A DNA stretch of 64,000 bases from Candidatus Omnitrophota bacterium. GTDB taxonomy: Bacteria > Omnitrophota > Omnitrophia > Omnitrophales > Aquincolibacteriaceae. The notes below the pieces were generated by a model, which made no database searches, was not told the DNA's origin, and saw only the letters and a list, made by a program, of their open reading frames with translations. Location: the NCBI GenBank assembly GCA_903884815.1, contig CAISGE010000023.1:252-64251 (forward strand), given 5' to 3'. Shown here piece after piece: positions 1 through 9,658 of the stretch (its first letter is position 1; each line of letters opens with the position of its first letter). Both the position numbers and the translations under genes were made by a program.

Positions 1-197
1 AGTGTAAAACCTCTCTGTTTGATCTTCATTTTCTTATTCTCCTTTTCCTTTTTTATTTTCACTTCGTATAAAGCGCTTTCCGAGACACTCGTAATCACCT
101 ACTAACAATGTAACACATCTGTCTCATAAAGCCAATGTTAACATTAAAAAAATATAAGCTATTCATTCTAAACAACTTACGAAATTAAAAGGAGTTA

Positions 198-1541
198 TCA
201 GCTGCTACTTCCGGTAGAGAGCGCCACAATAGGGAGAAACATGGAAATCACCACGGTCCCGATCACGCCTCCCATAAAAACAAGAAGGATCGGCTCCAGC
301 ATAACCGTCAACCTCGCAAGAAATGTATCGACTTGATCCTCATAATAATTAGCCAGTAGTGTGAGGAATTTTTCCATTTGACCACTTTCCTCCCCGACGC
401 TGAGAAGTTGGGTCATAAAAACAGGGAATAATTTTCGGGCCTCCAACTGGGATCCAAGCCCCTGCCCGCCCTTGATGGCAAGCGCGACTTGCTGGACCCC
501 GGATTCGAGAAACTGATTCTCCACAAGACGTCCACTGATCTCAAGCGCCTGGAGGATCTGCACCCCAGAACGGAGCATGGTGCCAAGGGACCTGGAGAAC
601 CGGACAACAGCGACCTGCATGAGGATGGTCCCGAAAATTGGAAATCCGAGACTCATCATGTCAATTCGGATCTTCATTTTCGGGATCTTCCGGAGATAAG
701 TGATCCCAACACCCGCCAGCACCACAAAAAACACAAGGATCCACGCTTTATACCGGACCACATTACTGACAGCCACCACGATCTGGGTGATAAGAGGCAG
801 CTTCATTTGCTGCGACGCGAAGATCGCCGCGAACTTGGGAACAATAAAAACCAGAAGAAAGATCATGGCTCCCGTAACCGCGACCGTCAGAACCCCGGGG
901 TAAAAGAACGCTGTCGTCACTTTGCTTGTGATCCGCGCCGCAGATTCCTGATAATGAGCGATCTCCTCAAGACATTCCGGAAGTTTTCCCGTGGTTTCCC
1001 CGACCTCGACGAGATTAATCCAAACCCACGGAAAAACTTTCCCTTGGGCACGAAGCGCCTGGCTGAAATTCCCCCCCTCCGAAATCTTCTTGCGGATATT
1101 GGCGATAACAGCTTTGAAATAGACGTTCGTGATCCCTTTTTGAATGATCTCAAGCGCACGGAGAAGCGGAACCCCGGCCCTCAGGAGCGTTGAAAGCTGT
1201 ATCGAAAGAAAAATGAGCTCCCGGGTCGAAACAGTTTGAAAAAGGGAAAAGGGCTTCCCATGTTGGTGCGAGGACTTTTTCTTGGGAGAGATCTGCCGAG
1301 ACAGGGCCTCAAGGAACGCGAAGGGAGACTCCTGGGCCCCTCCTGTTTTTTTGACGGAAATGACCACGTAGCCATCCGCCATCAGTTTCTGGATCGCATC
1401 CTCCTGATTCCCGGCCTGGACCACAATGCTTTTAGACTGATCCGGAAAGGCGCGGAGACGAACATGGCATTCAAAAGAATGGCCCGTGTTCTTGGACTTG
1501 TCTTTCGAAGAAACCGGGTGCTCGGGACTATTCATAGGCAA
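198..1541 (-). CDS. pilC: Type IV pilus/T2SS inner-membrane platform protein PilC/GspF
   Basis: 447 aa with tandem GspF-type domains and three TM segments; N-terminal cytoplasmic domain aligns with the second GspF in this window (51735-52955). Start overlaps the pilB stop by 14 nt. Confidence 0.85.
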   Translation of the reverse strand: MPMNSPEHPVSSKDKSKNTGHSFECHVRLRAFPDQSKSIVVQAGNQEDAIQKLMADGYVVISVKKTGGAQESPFAFLEALSRQISPKKKSSHQHGKPFSLFQTVSTRELIFLSIQLSTLLRAGVPLLRALEIIQKGITNVYFKAVIANIRKKISEGGNFSQALRAQGKVFPWVWINLVEVGETTGKLPECLEEIAHYQESAARITSKVTTAFFYPGVLTVAVTGAMIFLLVFIVPKFAAIFASQQMKLPLITQIVVAVSNVVRYKAWILVFFVVLAGVGITYLRKIPKMKIRIDMMSLGFPIFGTILMQVAVVRFSRSLGTMLRSGVQILQALEISGRLVENQFLESGVQQVALAIKGGQGLGSQLEARKLFPVFMTQLLSVGEESGQMEKFLTLLANYYEDQVDTFLARLTVMLEPILLVFMGGVIGTVVISMFLPIVALSTGSSS

Positions 1542-3225
1542 CGCTCAAAACCTCATCAAGAGTGGTCAATCCCCGCTCCACTTTTCGCATACCATTCTGG
1601 AACATGTTCTCATATTTCTTTGCTTTCTGGATCTCGCGTAACTGAGTGAGGTTACAATCTTTCGTGATAAGACTGCGCATATCCTCGTCGATCGGCAAGA
1701 CCTCATAGAGGGCCATCCGTCCCCAGTATCCGATATTTTGGCACTTGTCACAGCCCTTGGGTTTGTAGACAGTCTCCGCTTTGATCTTGTAAAGGTCGCG
1801 CACCTTAGCCTCAGGCTTGTAAGGCTCCTTGCAATGTTTGCACAGAAGACGGATCAACCTCTGGGCGGCCACCAACCCAAGACTACCGGCCACGAGATAC
1901 GGCGGCACACCGATATCGATCAAACGAGTCACCGCTGTCAAGGCGTCATTCGTGTGCAAAGTGCTAAGCACCAAATGGCCCGTGAGCGACGCGCGGATAC
2001 AGATCTCGGCCGTCTCAAGATCGCGGACCTCTCCCACAAGGATCACGTCCGGATCCTGACGGAGAAAAGCCCGGAGTCCGCTCGCGAAGGTCAGCCCAAT
2101 GTCCGGCTTCACCTGCACCTGATTGATCCCCGTCAGCTGATATTCAATCGGATCTTCAATGGTCAGAATATTGACTTCCGGAGAGAGCCGCTTGTTCAGA
2201 GCCGCATAAAGAGTCGTGCTTTTCCCGCTCCCGGTCGGTCCCGTCGCGAAGATCAGTCCATAAGGCCGTTTCAGAGCCACTTCAAAAAGACTCAACTGAT
2301 CCGGTTCCAGTCCAAGCAGCGACATATCCAGAAGATCCATTCTCTTGTCCAGAATACGCAGCACGACTTTTTCTCCGTGAACGATCGGAATGGTCGAGAC
2401 GCGAACATCAACCTTTCTCCCCTGATACTGAAGCGAGAAAGAACCGTCCTGGGGAATGCGTTTTTCGGCGATGTCCATCTTGGAAAGGATCTTGATACGG
2501 GAGACAACGGCATTATGAAGTTCCCGGGGCGGCGGAGGAAGTTCAAACAGGACGCCGTCCACGCGATAGCGGATCGTGAGCCTGTCCACATAGGGCTCAA
2601 TGTGAATATCACTGGCACGGTCATCGAGAGCCTTCTTCATCATAAGATCCACGAGTCGTACCACAGGACCTTTTCCAGCTTCCGCCACCGTGGCCCCAAG
2701 ATCCATCTTGTTTTCATCTTTTTCAACCGGGTTATAGTCGACCGTGGCAGCACTGACTTCCGAGGATGAGAGAACCTCCTGCAGATCCGTGTTGCTATAG
2801 TAAAGATCGATCGCCCGTTTCAGCTCCGTTTCTGTGGAGAGAACGATCAGAATATCGTAACCGGTGCTCTTGCGGAGGTTGTCGAGAAAAATAACATCCG
2901 GAGACCGGCCCATGGCCACCTTGAGCATGCGCCCCTTGCGCTCGAGAGGAAGTACTTGATGCTGAAGAGCGAATTCCATCGGGATGCATTCCTTGAGGCG
3001 CTGGTCGGAGCGAGGCTTTAATTGCGTTCCGGAGAGGAACGAGACGCCCAACTGTTCCGAAAGGGCGATCCTCAGATCGGTTTCCTCGATAGCGCCATGC
3101 CGGATGAGAACTTGGCCCAAAGGTTCTTTGGACTCTTTCTGATCGGCAAGGGCCTTTTTTAACTGATCAGGCGTGATAAGCCTGCGCTCGACCAGAAACT
3201 CCCCTAACAGGGTATTGATCCGCAC
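1528..3225 (-). CDS. pilB: Type IV pilus assembly ATPase PilB (GspE family) with N-terminal MshEN-like motifs
   Basis: Walker A GPTGSGKST, Asp/His boxes, C-terminal tetracysteine CKHC...CDKC. N-terminus LGEFLVERRLITPDQLKKAL plus a second copy LGQVLIRHGAIEETDLRIAL match the MshEN c-di-GMP-binding motif. Confidence 0.9.
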   Translation of the reverse strand: MRINTLLGEFLVERRLITPDQLKKALADQKESKEPLGQVLIRHGAIEETDLRIALSEQLGVSFLSGTQLKPRSDQRLKECIPMEFALQHQVLPLERKGRMLKVAMGRSPDVIFLDNLRKSTGYDILIVLSTETELKRAIDLYYSNTDLQEVLSSSEVSAATVDYNPVEKDENKMDLGATVAEAGKGPVVRLVDLMMKKALDDRASDIHIEPYVDRLTIRYRVDGVLFELPPPPRELHNAVVSRIKILSKMDIAEKRIPQDGSFSLQYQGRKVDVRVSTIPIVHGEKVVLRILDKRMDLLDMSLLGLEPDQLSLFEVALKRPYGLIFATGPTGSGKSTTLYAALNKRLSPEVNILTIEDPIEYQLTGINQVQVKPDIGLTFASGLRAFLRQDPDVILVGEVRDLETAEICIRASLTGHLVLSTLHTNDALTAVTRLIDIGVPPYLVAGSLGLVAAQRLIRLLCKHCKEPYKPEAKVRDLYKIKAETVYKPKGCDKCQNIGYWGRMALYEVLPIDEDMRSLITKDCNLTQLREIQKAKKYENMFQNGMRKVERGLTTLDEVLSVAYE

Positions 3226-3242
3226 GTGGCCTCTCTTGTCCT

Positions 3243-5078
3243 TTACGGCTTAGTCTGAGCAGCCGCTTTTTCACTCTGGTCCAGGTTGGCCAGAGTCGTG
3301 TCCATCAATTTTCTCCGGACATTGAAATAGCCCTCAAAATCGGTCTTCTTTTTGGGTCCGTCTTTCAACTCCTTGTACCACTCCTTCTGTTTCACCTTCC
3401 AGAAAGGGGCAACCTCGTCATCGTAATCGAGACGGTCGTCCGGAACCTTGGGAGTCTCTAAAACTGAGGGATCAAGAATAATATACGGGGTCACGAAAAG
3501 AATAAGCTCGCGATTTTTCATTTCCTTCGTGTTGCTGGTGAATAAGGCCTTCCCGACAACAGGAAGATTGCCGAAGAACGGGACTTTCCTATTCCCATTG
3601 GATTGGGCGCTCATGAGAAGCCCTCCGATGGCGATGGTCTGTCCGTCATTGACCATCAGCGTTGTGCGGGCTGTGCGGACCGTAGGATCTCCTGTTTCAC
3701 CCTTCGCCGCAATGGTGATCGCGGATTTATCCACGGTCGCGAAAACCGGCTCCAAGGTCATCGTGATCCTCGACCGGGTATTGATAAGCGGTGTCACACG
3801 AAGGACGGTCCCGATCTCGGCTCTTTCCGCGGTATCCGTCGTCGTCCCGGAAGCTCCTCCCGAGGCGGCCGTAACGCTTGTTGTCCCGATCGCCGCATTG
3901 GTCGACATTTTCACGAGAGCGGGATGATTATCCAGCACCAGCACTTTGGGTTTCGCCAGGATCTTGAGCTTGGAAGCACTTTCCAGGGCCGTCACCTTCA
4001 CCTGAAAAGAACTAAAATCGCGCACACCGGGTGTTGTGATGGCCCCCGTGTTATTGGTGGGATTAAATTGATTGGCCGTATCCTTGAGAGAATCCCCAAA
4101 ATTCCCCAAAAGATTTTTTACACCGCCCTCGCCGCTATCCGGACTGCCCCCCAACCTTAGCGGCCAATCGGTACTCGATTTCGAACCGGTCACCGTGCCA
4201 AAGAGACCGTCCTTATCCCCCCACTGCACGCCAAGATTCCGGCTCAGATCCTCATAGGTTTCCACCAAAAGGACATTGATGAGCACCTGATCCAGCGGGC
4301 GATCCAATTCCATGATCGCGGCTTCGACCATATTGAGCCGATCTTCAGAGTCGGTGACGATCAGGCTGTTCGAGCGGTCATCGACAGAGACCTTGCCGCG
4401 ACTCGAAAGGATCTTCGCGATCGCGTCGGAGATCGCCGCGCTATCCCCGCCTGAACTTGAGCTGCCGCTCGACAGCCCGCCGCCCGACGAAGAAGAACTA
4501 GAGGAACCGGAGGAACTCGAAGAACCCGAGCTGCTACTCCCCGAATTTGCGGAGCTATCAGAGATCTCTTTCAAGGTGCTGACCAGCACGTAATAGAGCC
4601 TGAAAACCCGGGTCACCAAGGCCGGTTGATCGGCCGCGTCCGAGGAGGCGCGAAAAAGGTAGATATTTCTTCCGGGAATGGATTCATAGCTCACATTGCT
4701 TCCCTTGGAAATGGACTGAAGCACGTCTTCCAAGCTGACATTGTCCAGGGTCATATTGACCTTCCGGTCCGAGACTTCGGTGCCGGCGACAAAATTAATA
4801 CCGCTCAGATTGGAGAGAACATTAAGAACATTGATAAGCGCCGCGTTCTTAAAATCAAGATAATATCTCCCGGCCAGTGTCTTCTCAGCTTTGATATCGA
4901 CCGGCGTGGGAGCCGGCTTGGAAGCATCTGGAGCATTAACTCCGGGCTTCCGTGAGGCAGCAGGCGCAACGGCCGAAGCCGCTGATTCTTGCGCCAAAAC
5001 GGGAGAAACGAGGATCCCGAAGAACAGAAAAACAATCCCAAAAGAAGCTATGTGTTGTTTGATCTCTTTTTTCATCAT
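3243..5078 (-). CDS. pilQ: Secretin PilQ
   Basis: Signal peptide, long Ser/Gly-rich low-complexity linker, secretin C-domain (…VPFFGNLPVVGKALF…ILFVTPYIILD). About 80 aa C-terminal extension after the secretin domain. Confidence 0.85.
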   Translation of the reverse strand: MMKKEIKQHIASFGIVFLFFGILVSPVLAQESAASAVAPAASRKPGVNAPDASKPAPTPVDIKAEKTLAGRYYLDFKNAALINVLNVLSNLSGINFVAGTEVSDRKVNMTLDNVSLEDVLQSISKGSNVSYESIPGRNIYLFRASSDAADQPALVTRVFRLYYVLVSTLKEISDSSANSGSSSSGSSSSSGSSSSSSSGGGLSSGSSSSGGDSAAISDAIAKILSSRGKVSVDDRSNSLIVTDSEDRLNMVEAAIMELDRPLDQVLINVLLVETYEDLSRNLGVQWGDKDGLFGTVTGSKSSTDWPLRLGGSPDSGEGGVKNLLGNFGDSLKDTANQFNPTNNTGAITTPGVRDFSSFQVKVTALESASKLKILAKPKVLVLDNHPALVKMSTNAAIGTTSVTAASGGASGTTTDTAERAEIGTVLRVTPLINTRSRITMTLEPVFATVDKSAITIAAKGETGDPTVRTARTTLMVNDGQTIAIGGLLMSAQSNGNRKVPFFGNLPVVGKALFTSNTKEMKNRELILFVTPYIILDPSVLETPKVPDDRLDYDDEVAPFWKVKQKEWYKELKDGPKKKTDFEGYFNVRRKLMDTTLANLDQSEKAAAQTKP

Positions 5079-5623
5079 AAATCCTGCCCCCCTTCCGGAA
5101 AAGATGCCGGAGTTGTTTTCACCGGCTGACCCTGGGACGAAAGCCCGGGACCACCCTTCTTCTCCCGGCGCTCGTTCGCTTTTTTTAGTTCTTCCTTCGG
5201 AAATAGCGGAAGAACCATGGGCGCGCCATTCACGAATATATCGACCTCTCCCCGCCTGGCCTCAAGCAATTTTATTCCGTTTTTTTCTTCGCCCTTATAA
5301 TACACCGAACCTCCGATAATAGCATAGGCATCAGTTCCCCCCAGTCCGATCCCTTCAAGAGGCGGAACGGCAACCGCGGCAGCGCCATCCGCCGGTTTGG
5401 GGCCCGGCGTCGGCACTTCGTCCGGGTCAAAGCGTTGGGCAAATGGATCCTCGACATCGGGCGCGACAGTGTCAACAACTGCGTCGGCCTTCGGAGCCTT
5501 CGCCGGTATCTTCCCACTGGAAGACACCGGTCCCGGTTTCGGCTCCGCCGCAGAAAGACCCGGAGTTATCAAGAAAAGCAGCATCAGCAGAACGACAGAA
5601 GCGCGCAAGGATGGGGAAATCAT
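5075..5623 (-). CDS. PilP-like periplasmic protein (pilot/alignment subunit)
   Basis: 182 aa with signal peptide, Pro-rich linker and C-terminal beta-domain. Sits at the pilP position between pilO and pilQ, with 4-nt overlaps on both sides. Confidence 0.45.
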   Translation of the reverse strand: MISPSLRASVVLLMLLFLITPGLSAAEPKPGPVSSSGKIPAKAPKADAVVDTVAPDVEDPFAQRFDPDEVPTPGPKPADGAAAVAVPPLEGIGLGGTDAYAIIGGSVYYKGEEKNGIKLLEARRGEVDIFVNGAPMVLPLFPKEELKKANERREKKGGPGLSSQGQPVKTTPASFPEGGQDL

Positions 5624-6165
5624 GCGTTACTTCTCCCTCGGGCTTGTTTTAATAAATAGGTCTCCAGATAGAACTGCACCTTCAAAATACCTTTGGTTTT
5701 TTTCCCTGTTCCAAACTGCCGCGACAAAGAGACATCACCAATGCTCATGGGAGGCTCGAGGGCCTCCATTACCTTGAAAAATTGTATCATTGAAAAATAG
5801 GATGCCTGGCCCGTGATTTCGATCCGAAGTTTCACGTATTCCCCCTCAGGGATCGTCTTGGGGGTGATGGCCTGGACATCGATCTTATTTTTACTGGCGA
5901 TATCCGAGATCTTCCCCACCAGAGAGCTCCTCGCGGTTAATCCCGCAAAGGGTTGCTCCGTGACCTGCAATTCATCCTTAAGCCGGCCGACTTCTTTAAA
6001 GAGCTCCAACCTCTCGTGGGATTCGCGAAGCTGCTGACGCAAAAAGACACTTCGAGAAAAGACGGGGCTGATCAAAAAGTGAAAAAAAACAGCGCACAGC
6101 CCCACCCCCACGGCGATCTTGATCGCGAGCTCTTTGTGCTGTTCCCGGATTTGAATATTCGCCAT
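5620..6165 (-). CDS. pilO: PilO-like inner-membrane alignment protein
   Basis: 181 aa with single N-terminal TM, coiled coil and periplasmic domain. Position between pilMN and pilP. Confidence 0.6.
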   Translation of the reverse strand: MANIQIREQHKELAIKIAVGVGLCAVFFHFLISPVFSRSVFLRQQLRESHERLELFKEVGRLKDELQVTEQPFAGLTARSSLVGKISDIASKNKIDVQAITPKTIPEGEYVKLRIEITGQASYFSMIQFFKVMEALEPPMSIGDVSLSRQFGTGKKTKGILKVQFYLETYLLKQARGRSNA

Positions 6166-6176
6166 AAAGAGTCCTC

Positions 6177-7763
6177 TTAATCACCCACGATGCTAAAGCG
6201 GGTCATGGACCGCTCCCGGATCTTTTCGCGACTAACATCTTCCAGCTTGATTTCCGAATAATAGTCGGACAGGATCTTCCGGGAGGCAAGCGTTTGGACC
6301 CAGCCGCTTACAACATTCGTTTCCTTCTCGGCGCTTCCCAGATAACACACGCCCTTCAAGGTCAATTGTTTTCCACCTTTTTTACTTTTCTTTCCTTTTC
6401 GCCCGCTACTTACACTCCCCTCGGGAGGAGGCATACTCTCTGCGGGAGACGCCTCCGATCCTCCCCCTCCCCCTAAAGATATCTGGTCCAGTGCAATGCT
6501 CAGAGGCAACCCTTGTCCCAAGACGGACAACAAGGCCGAGGGGGATTCTTTGGTCTGGAGAAATGCTCCCAATTGTTCGATGCGGGGGTTCAGCGCATCT
6601 TTTTCGGTCCTAAGCTCCTGCATGGATTGAGACATGAGCGAGGGATTTTCGAGAACCGCAGGACCCAGGATCGCAGCATTCTCATTTTTAAGATTCGTCA
6701 AAATAGGCTGAAAGATCACAAGCCGGGCCAAGGCAAAAAGGATCGCGAGAATGGCGCATTCCACCGCCAGGAACGTCATTATTTTAACAGGCTCAGACTT
6801 GCGATCCTCTTTGGGAAGAAGTTTGATATCCCCCAGAGGCGAGGGATAGTTCAAGGACCGGAGCGCCAGCCCAAAAGCCACGAGAGCCGAATGAAGGACC
6901 TCTGGCGGAATATTTTTTTCATCGGGAAAACTTGCGCTGTCGAACCGGATCGTATAATTAAAAGCATTTTCCAGATGCTCGGCCCACAATTTCAGGTCCC
7001 CGGCCCCCGCTAAAAAGATCTGCGTCAGGACCTCTCCGCCTGTCAGTTTGAAGAAGTAATCGATCGAAGCCCGAAGTTCATCGGTAAAACGGCTTTTATC
7101 TTCGTCCGAGTTCCAGCTCAGTAAAAAATCCCTCGAGAGGTAAACGATGCCATTAGAGGCGAAAGTCACATGCACATTCCCATCAGACTGAAGGACCACA
7201 AAACCCTGGGTCTTGACCGTCGTCAACATGCGAATGGCGGAAAATGCGCGGCCGACGGCACAATAGACCGGCTCGATCATGAGCACCTTCGCGGACGCCG
7301 CGCGCAAGTCGTCAAGGCTGGTCTGAAGCACTTCTTGGCGTATCGCCGTCACGGTGACAGAACTCACGTTCTTGAGGGTCACGCGTGCGTTGTAATCCAT
7401 GATGGAATCAGAAAGTTTGAACGGGATATACCGGGTAGCCTCGTTGAGGATCGCACGGGACTCATCTTTTTTCGGGATGGCCGGCATAACAAAATGCCGG
7501 GTGGCTACCAAAGAAGGACTGACCGCGGCCGTCACGAACGAACCCTGCTCGTGGATCTTTTCAAGAACCTTCCGTATCGCCAGGGCCTCCGGGTTCAATG
7601 GCTTGTGCTTACTTCCCCCAGCGTCCTCGGGAGATTCCTCCGGAGCCCCGGCCTGGATAGGTTCGGAAGCGAAGGCTTTGATCTGCGGTCCTGCGGCCGT
7701 CCGGACCGCAGAAACAGCGATCACCTCGTTACGACCGATATAAACCCCGACGCCTTTTGACAT
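6177..7763 (-). CDS. pilM: PilM-PilN fusion protein
   Basis: N-terminal ~330 aa actin-like PilM fold, then a TM helix (IMTFLAVECAILAILFALARLVIF), then a PilN-like periplasmic coiled-coil domain. A single 528 aa ORF. Confidence 0.7.
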   Translation of the reverse strand: MSKGVGVYIGRNEVIAVSAVRTAAGPQIKAFASEPIQAGAPEESPEDAGGSKHKPLNPEALAIRKVLEKIHEQGSFVTAAVSPSLVATRHFVMPAIPKKDESRAILNEATRYIPFKLSDSIMDYNARVTLKNVSSVTVTAIRQEVLQTSLDDLRAASAKVLMIEPVYCAVGRAFSAIRMLTTVKTQGFVVLQSDGNVHVTFASNGIVYLSRDFLLSWNSDEDKSRFTDELRASIDYFFKLTGGEVLTQIFLAGAGDLKLWAEHLENAFNYTIRFDSASFPDEKNIPPEVLHSALVAFGLALRSLNYPSPLGDIKLLPKEDRKSEPVKIMTFLAVECAILAILFALARLVIFQPILTNLKNENAAILGPAVLENPSLMSQSMQELRTEKDALNPRIEQLGAFLQTKESPSALLSVLGQGLPLSIALDQISLGGGGGSEASPAESMPPPEGSVSSGRKGKKSKKGGKQLTLKGVCYLGSAEKETNVVSGWVQTLASRKILSDYYSEIKLEDVSREKIRERSMTRFSIVGD

Positions 7764-7792
7764 GAATTTCCCTGTTTTTTGATTTCCGGAAT

Positions 7793-8887
7793 CTAAAACG
7801 TAACGCGATCCCCTTCTCGAACCTCGCCCAGGGCCCGGGGATTGGCCATCGTCACGGAGGACATTGTCGGATATACCCTGTCCACCACCCCCACGCCCAC
7901 GGGAACATCATCCCGATAGATCGTAATCTCACGCCCCGACCGGGCCCCGCGCTCAGCACCGATATTCACGGAGAAGAACCCCTGGCGGTTACTCACCGAG
8001 AGCACCTTCCCCTGCAAAAACTCGTCCCCGCTCCAGGCCGCCGAGCCGTGTAGTGCCACACGGGATGCTACCCCGGAGAATGCGGCCAAACTGCCCTGAT
8101 CGATCATTTTTTCAATGGCTTGCATCTGCGCCCGGAGAGAAGCAATGATCTCATCCCGGCTGCGAAGAGCTCCCCTCAAGGAATCTAGCTGTATTTCGTA
8201 ATCGGTCGTGATCCGCATCAGCTCCTCGCGATATTTCTTTTCTAAAAGACCGTTGTCAGCCGCCTTTTCACGAAAGGTCTGCAGTTCTCCGGTCATCCTC
8301 TTTATCCGCCCGTCCAGTTTCTGAATGCTGCCGCGCTGTTCTTCAGAAACAGTTTTGATCTCCGCATAGGACTGCTCCAGACGGCTCTTTTCTTCCAGTA
8401 TCCCGGCAATCCGCAAAGACGCGTCTTGCTTGAGAGGCAATCCCCGGGCGTAGAAAAACGCGAAAAGCCCGGCCACCGCCCAACCTGTCACAAAGAGAAT
8501 CACGCTCCATCGAAGAAAAGAACTTCCCACGGACGAAGCCCTCTTAAGTCCCGGCATTCCCGTGGCATAAGACACGCTTGAGGCCATGCCTAACGAGGGC
8601 GCAAGCCTCGTGGGATTATTTTTCCGGTCCTGGTACGCGTGAACGATCTTCTCTTCGAGATCCACCCATTTTTCAATGGCCGCTAGCCTTCCGCTTGTTT
8701 TACTGAGATGAACCCCCTTCAAAAGCGGCTCCTTCAGGGAAACCTTCGTGGAGGCGGAAGGAATACTTGCTGGAGCAGTTGAAGAAAACTTGAAAAAAGA
8801 AAACCGGTGAGAGGTCTTCCCCTGGGGGCTTGCGTTCTGGTCTAGATGACTGACAATCTTTATTTTCCCGCTTTTGAGCTTCTCCAT
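7793..8887 (-). CDS. Hypothetical membrane protein with coiled coil and C-terminal beta-domain; first gene of the pilus operon
   Basis: 364 aa with one TM (WSVILFVTGWAVAGLFAFF), a long coiled coil, and a C-terminal Gly/Val-rich beta-domain. No confident family assignment. Confidence 0.4.
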   Translation of the reverse strand: MEKLKSGKIKIVSHLDQNASPQGKTSHRFSFFKFSSTAPASIPSASTKVSLKEPLLKGVHLSKTSGRLAAIEKWVDLEEKIVHAYQDRKNNPTRLAPSLGMASSVSYATGMPGLKRASSVGSSFLRWSVILFVTGWAVAGLFAFFYARGLPLKQDASLRIAGILEEKSRLEQSYAEIKTVSEEQRGSIQKLDGRIKRMTGELQTFREKAADNGLLEKKYREELMRITTDYEIQLDSLRGALRSRDEIIASLRAQMQAIEKMIDQGSLAAFSGVASRVALHGSAAWSGDEFLQGKVLSVSNRQGFFSVNIGAERGARSGREITIYRDDVPVGVGVVDRVYPTMSSVTMANPRALGEVREGDRVTF

Positions 8888-9013
8888 GAGAACATCCCCT
8901 TATGAGTGGACGATCCGGCACTCGAAGACAGAACTCCTGCGAGATCTGTTCGATACATGTCAGTATAGTTTCGTCCTGGAAGGATTTTTTCTTAACGGAA
9001 GATTACAGAAAAA

Positions 9014-9658
9014 TTAAGAATGGGGGAACTGGACGTCGTGCGTTCTTTCGAACGTGCCAATGGCCGCTTCTTCCTTGAGGGTAATGCCGATATCGTCGAG
9101 CCCCTGGAGGAAGCGCTCTTTGACGGAGGGATCGACGTCAAAACGGAAAGAGTGGTCTTGATTTCCCGCATGCACGGTTACGGTCTGATCGGCCAAATGG
9201 ACTGTCGCTTCGAGGGAAGGATCTTTCCCAACAAAAGAAAAGATCCGATCTACGTCCTTCGGCGAGAGTTCGATGGTCAGAAGACCGTTCTTCACCGAAT
9301 TATTCCGGAAAATATCGGCAAACGCGGGAGTCCTATGGGCACCCTCCCCCGCCCACGGAGCAATGACGACACGAAACCCGTACTGGACAATGGCCCAGAC
9401 CGCGTGCTCACGGCTGGAGCCACAGCCAAAATTATTCCGGGTGAGAAGAACCGTGGCATTCTGGTACTCTTCCCTGTTGAGAGCAAATGTCGGATCGGGT
9501 TTTCCATCAGGCAGGTACCGCCAATCCGAAAAAAGCGCATCCTCAAAACCGGTCCGCTTGATCGACTTCAGATATTGCTTCGGGATAATGGCATCCGTAT
9601 CGACATTCGCCCGATCAAGTGGCAGGATCACTCCTCTGAAATTCTCAAACGCTTTCAT
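9014..9658 (-). CDS. leuD: 3-isopropylmalate dehydratase small subunit
   Basis: 214 aa typical LeuD/aconitase swivel domain. 4-nt overlap with leuC. Confidence 0.9.
   Translation of the reverse strand: MKAFENFRGVILPLDRANVDTDAIIPKQYLKSIKRTGFEDALFSDWRYLPDGKPDPTFALNREEYQNATVLLTRNNFGCGSSREHAVWAIVQYGFRVVIAPWAGEGAHRTPAFADIFRNNSVKNGLLTIELSPKDVDRIFSFVGKDPSLEATVHLADQTVTVHAGNQDHSFRFDVDPSVKERFLQGLDDIGITLKEEAAIGTFERTHDVQFPHS

Noticed and set aside
1-197. AT-rich 197-bp window edge, with direct repeats CAATGTAACA/CAATGTTAACA, considered as a genomic-island boundary or regulatory region.
   Set aside because: Too little sequence at the window edge to evaluate. No tRNA or integrase context is visible.
1738-2769. 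343-aa plus-strand ORF antisense to pilB. Similar long antisense ORFs occur at 489-1193, 10120-11094, 15244-15873, 19217-20311, 24922-26043 and 59227-60075.
   Set aside because: These are shadow ORFs opposite well-supported genes in GC-rich DNA. Their translations are low-complexity and Arg/Pro/Gly-rich with no motifs. The opposite-strand genes have unambiguous family signatures, for example the PLP-lysine SGSQKAL for 24943-26064 (-) versus its 373-aa antisense twin.
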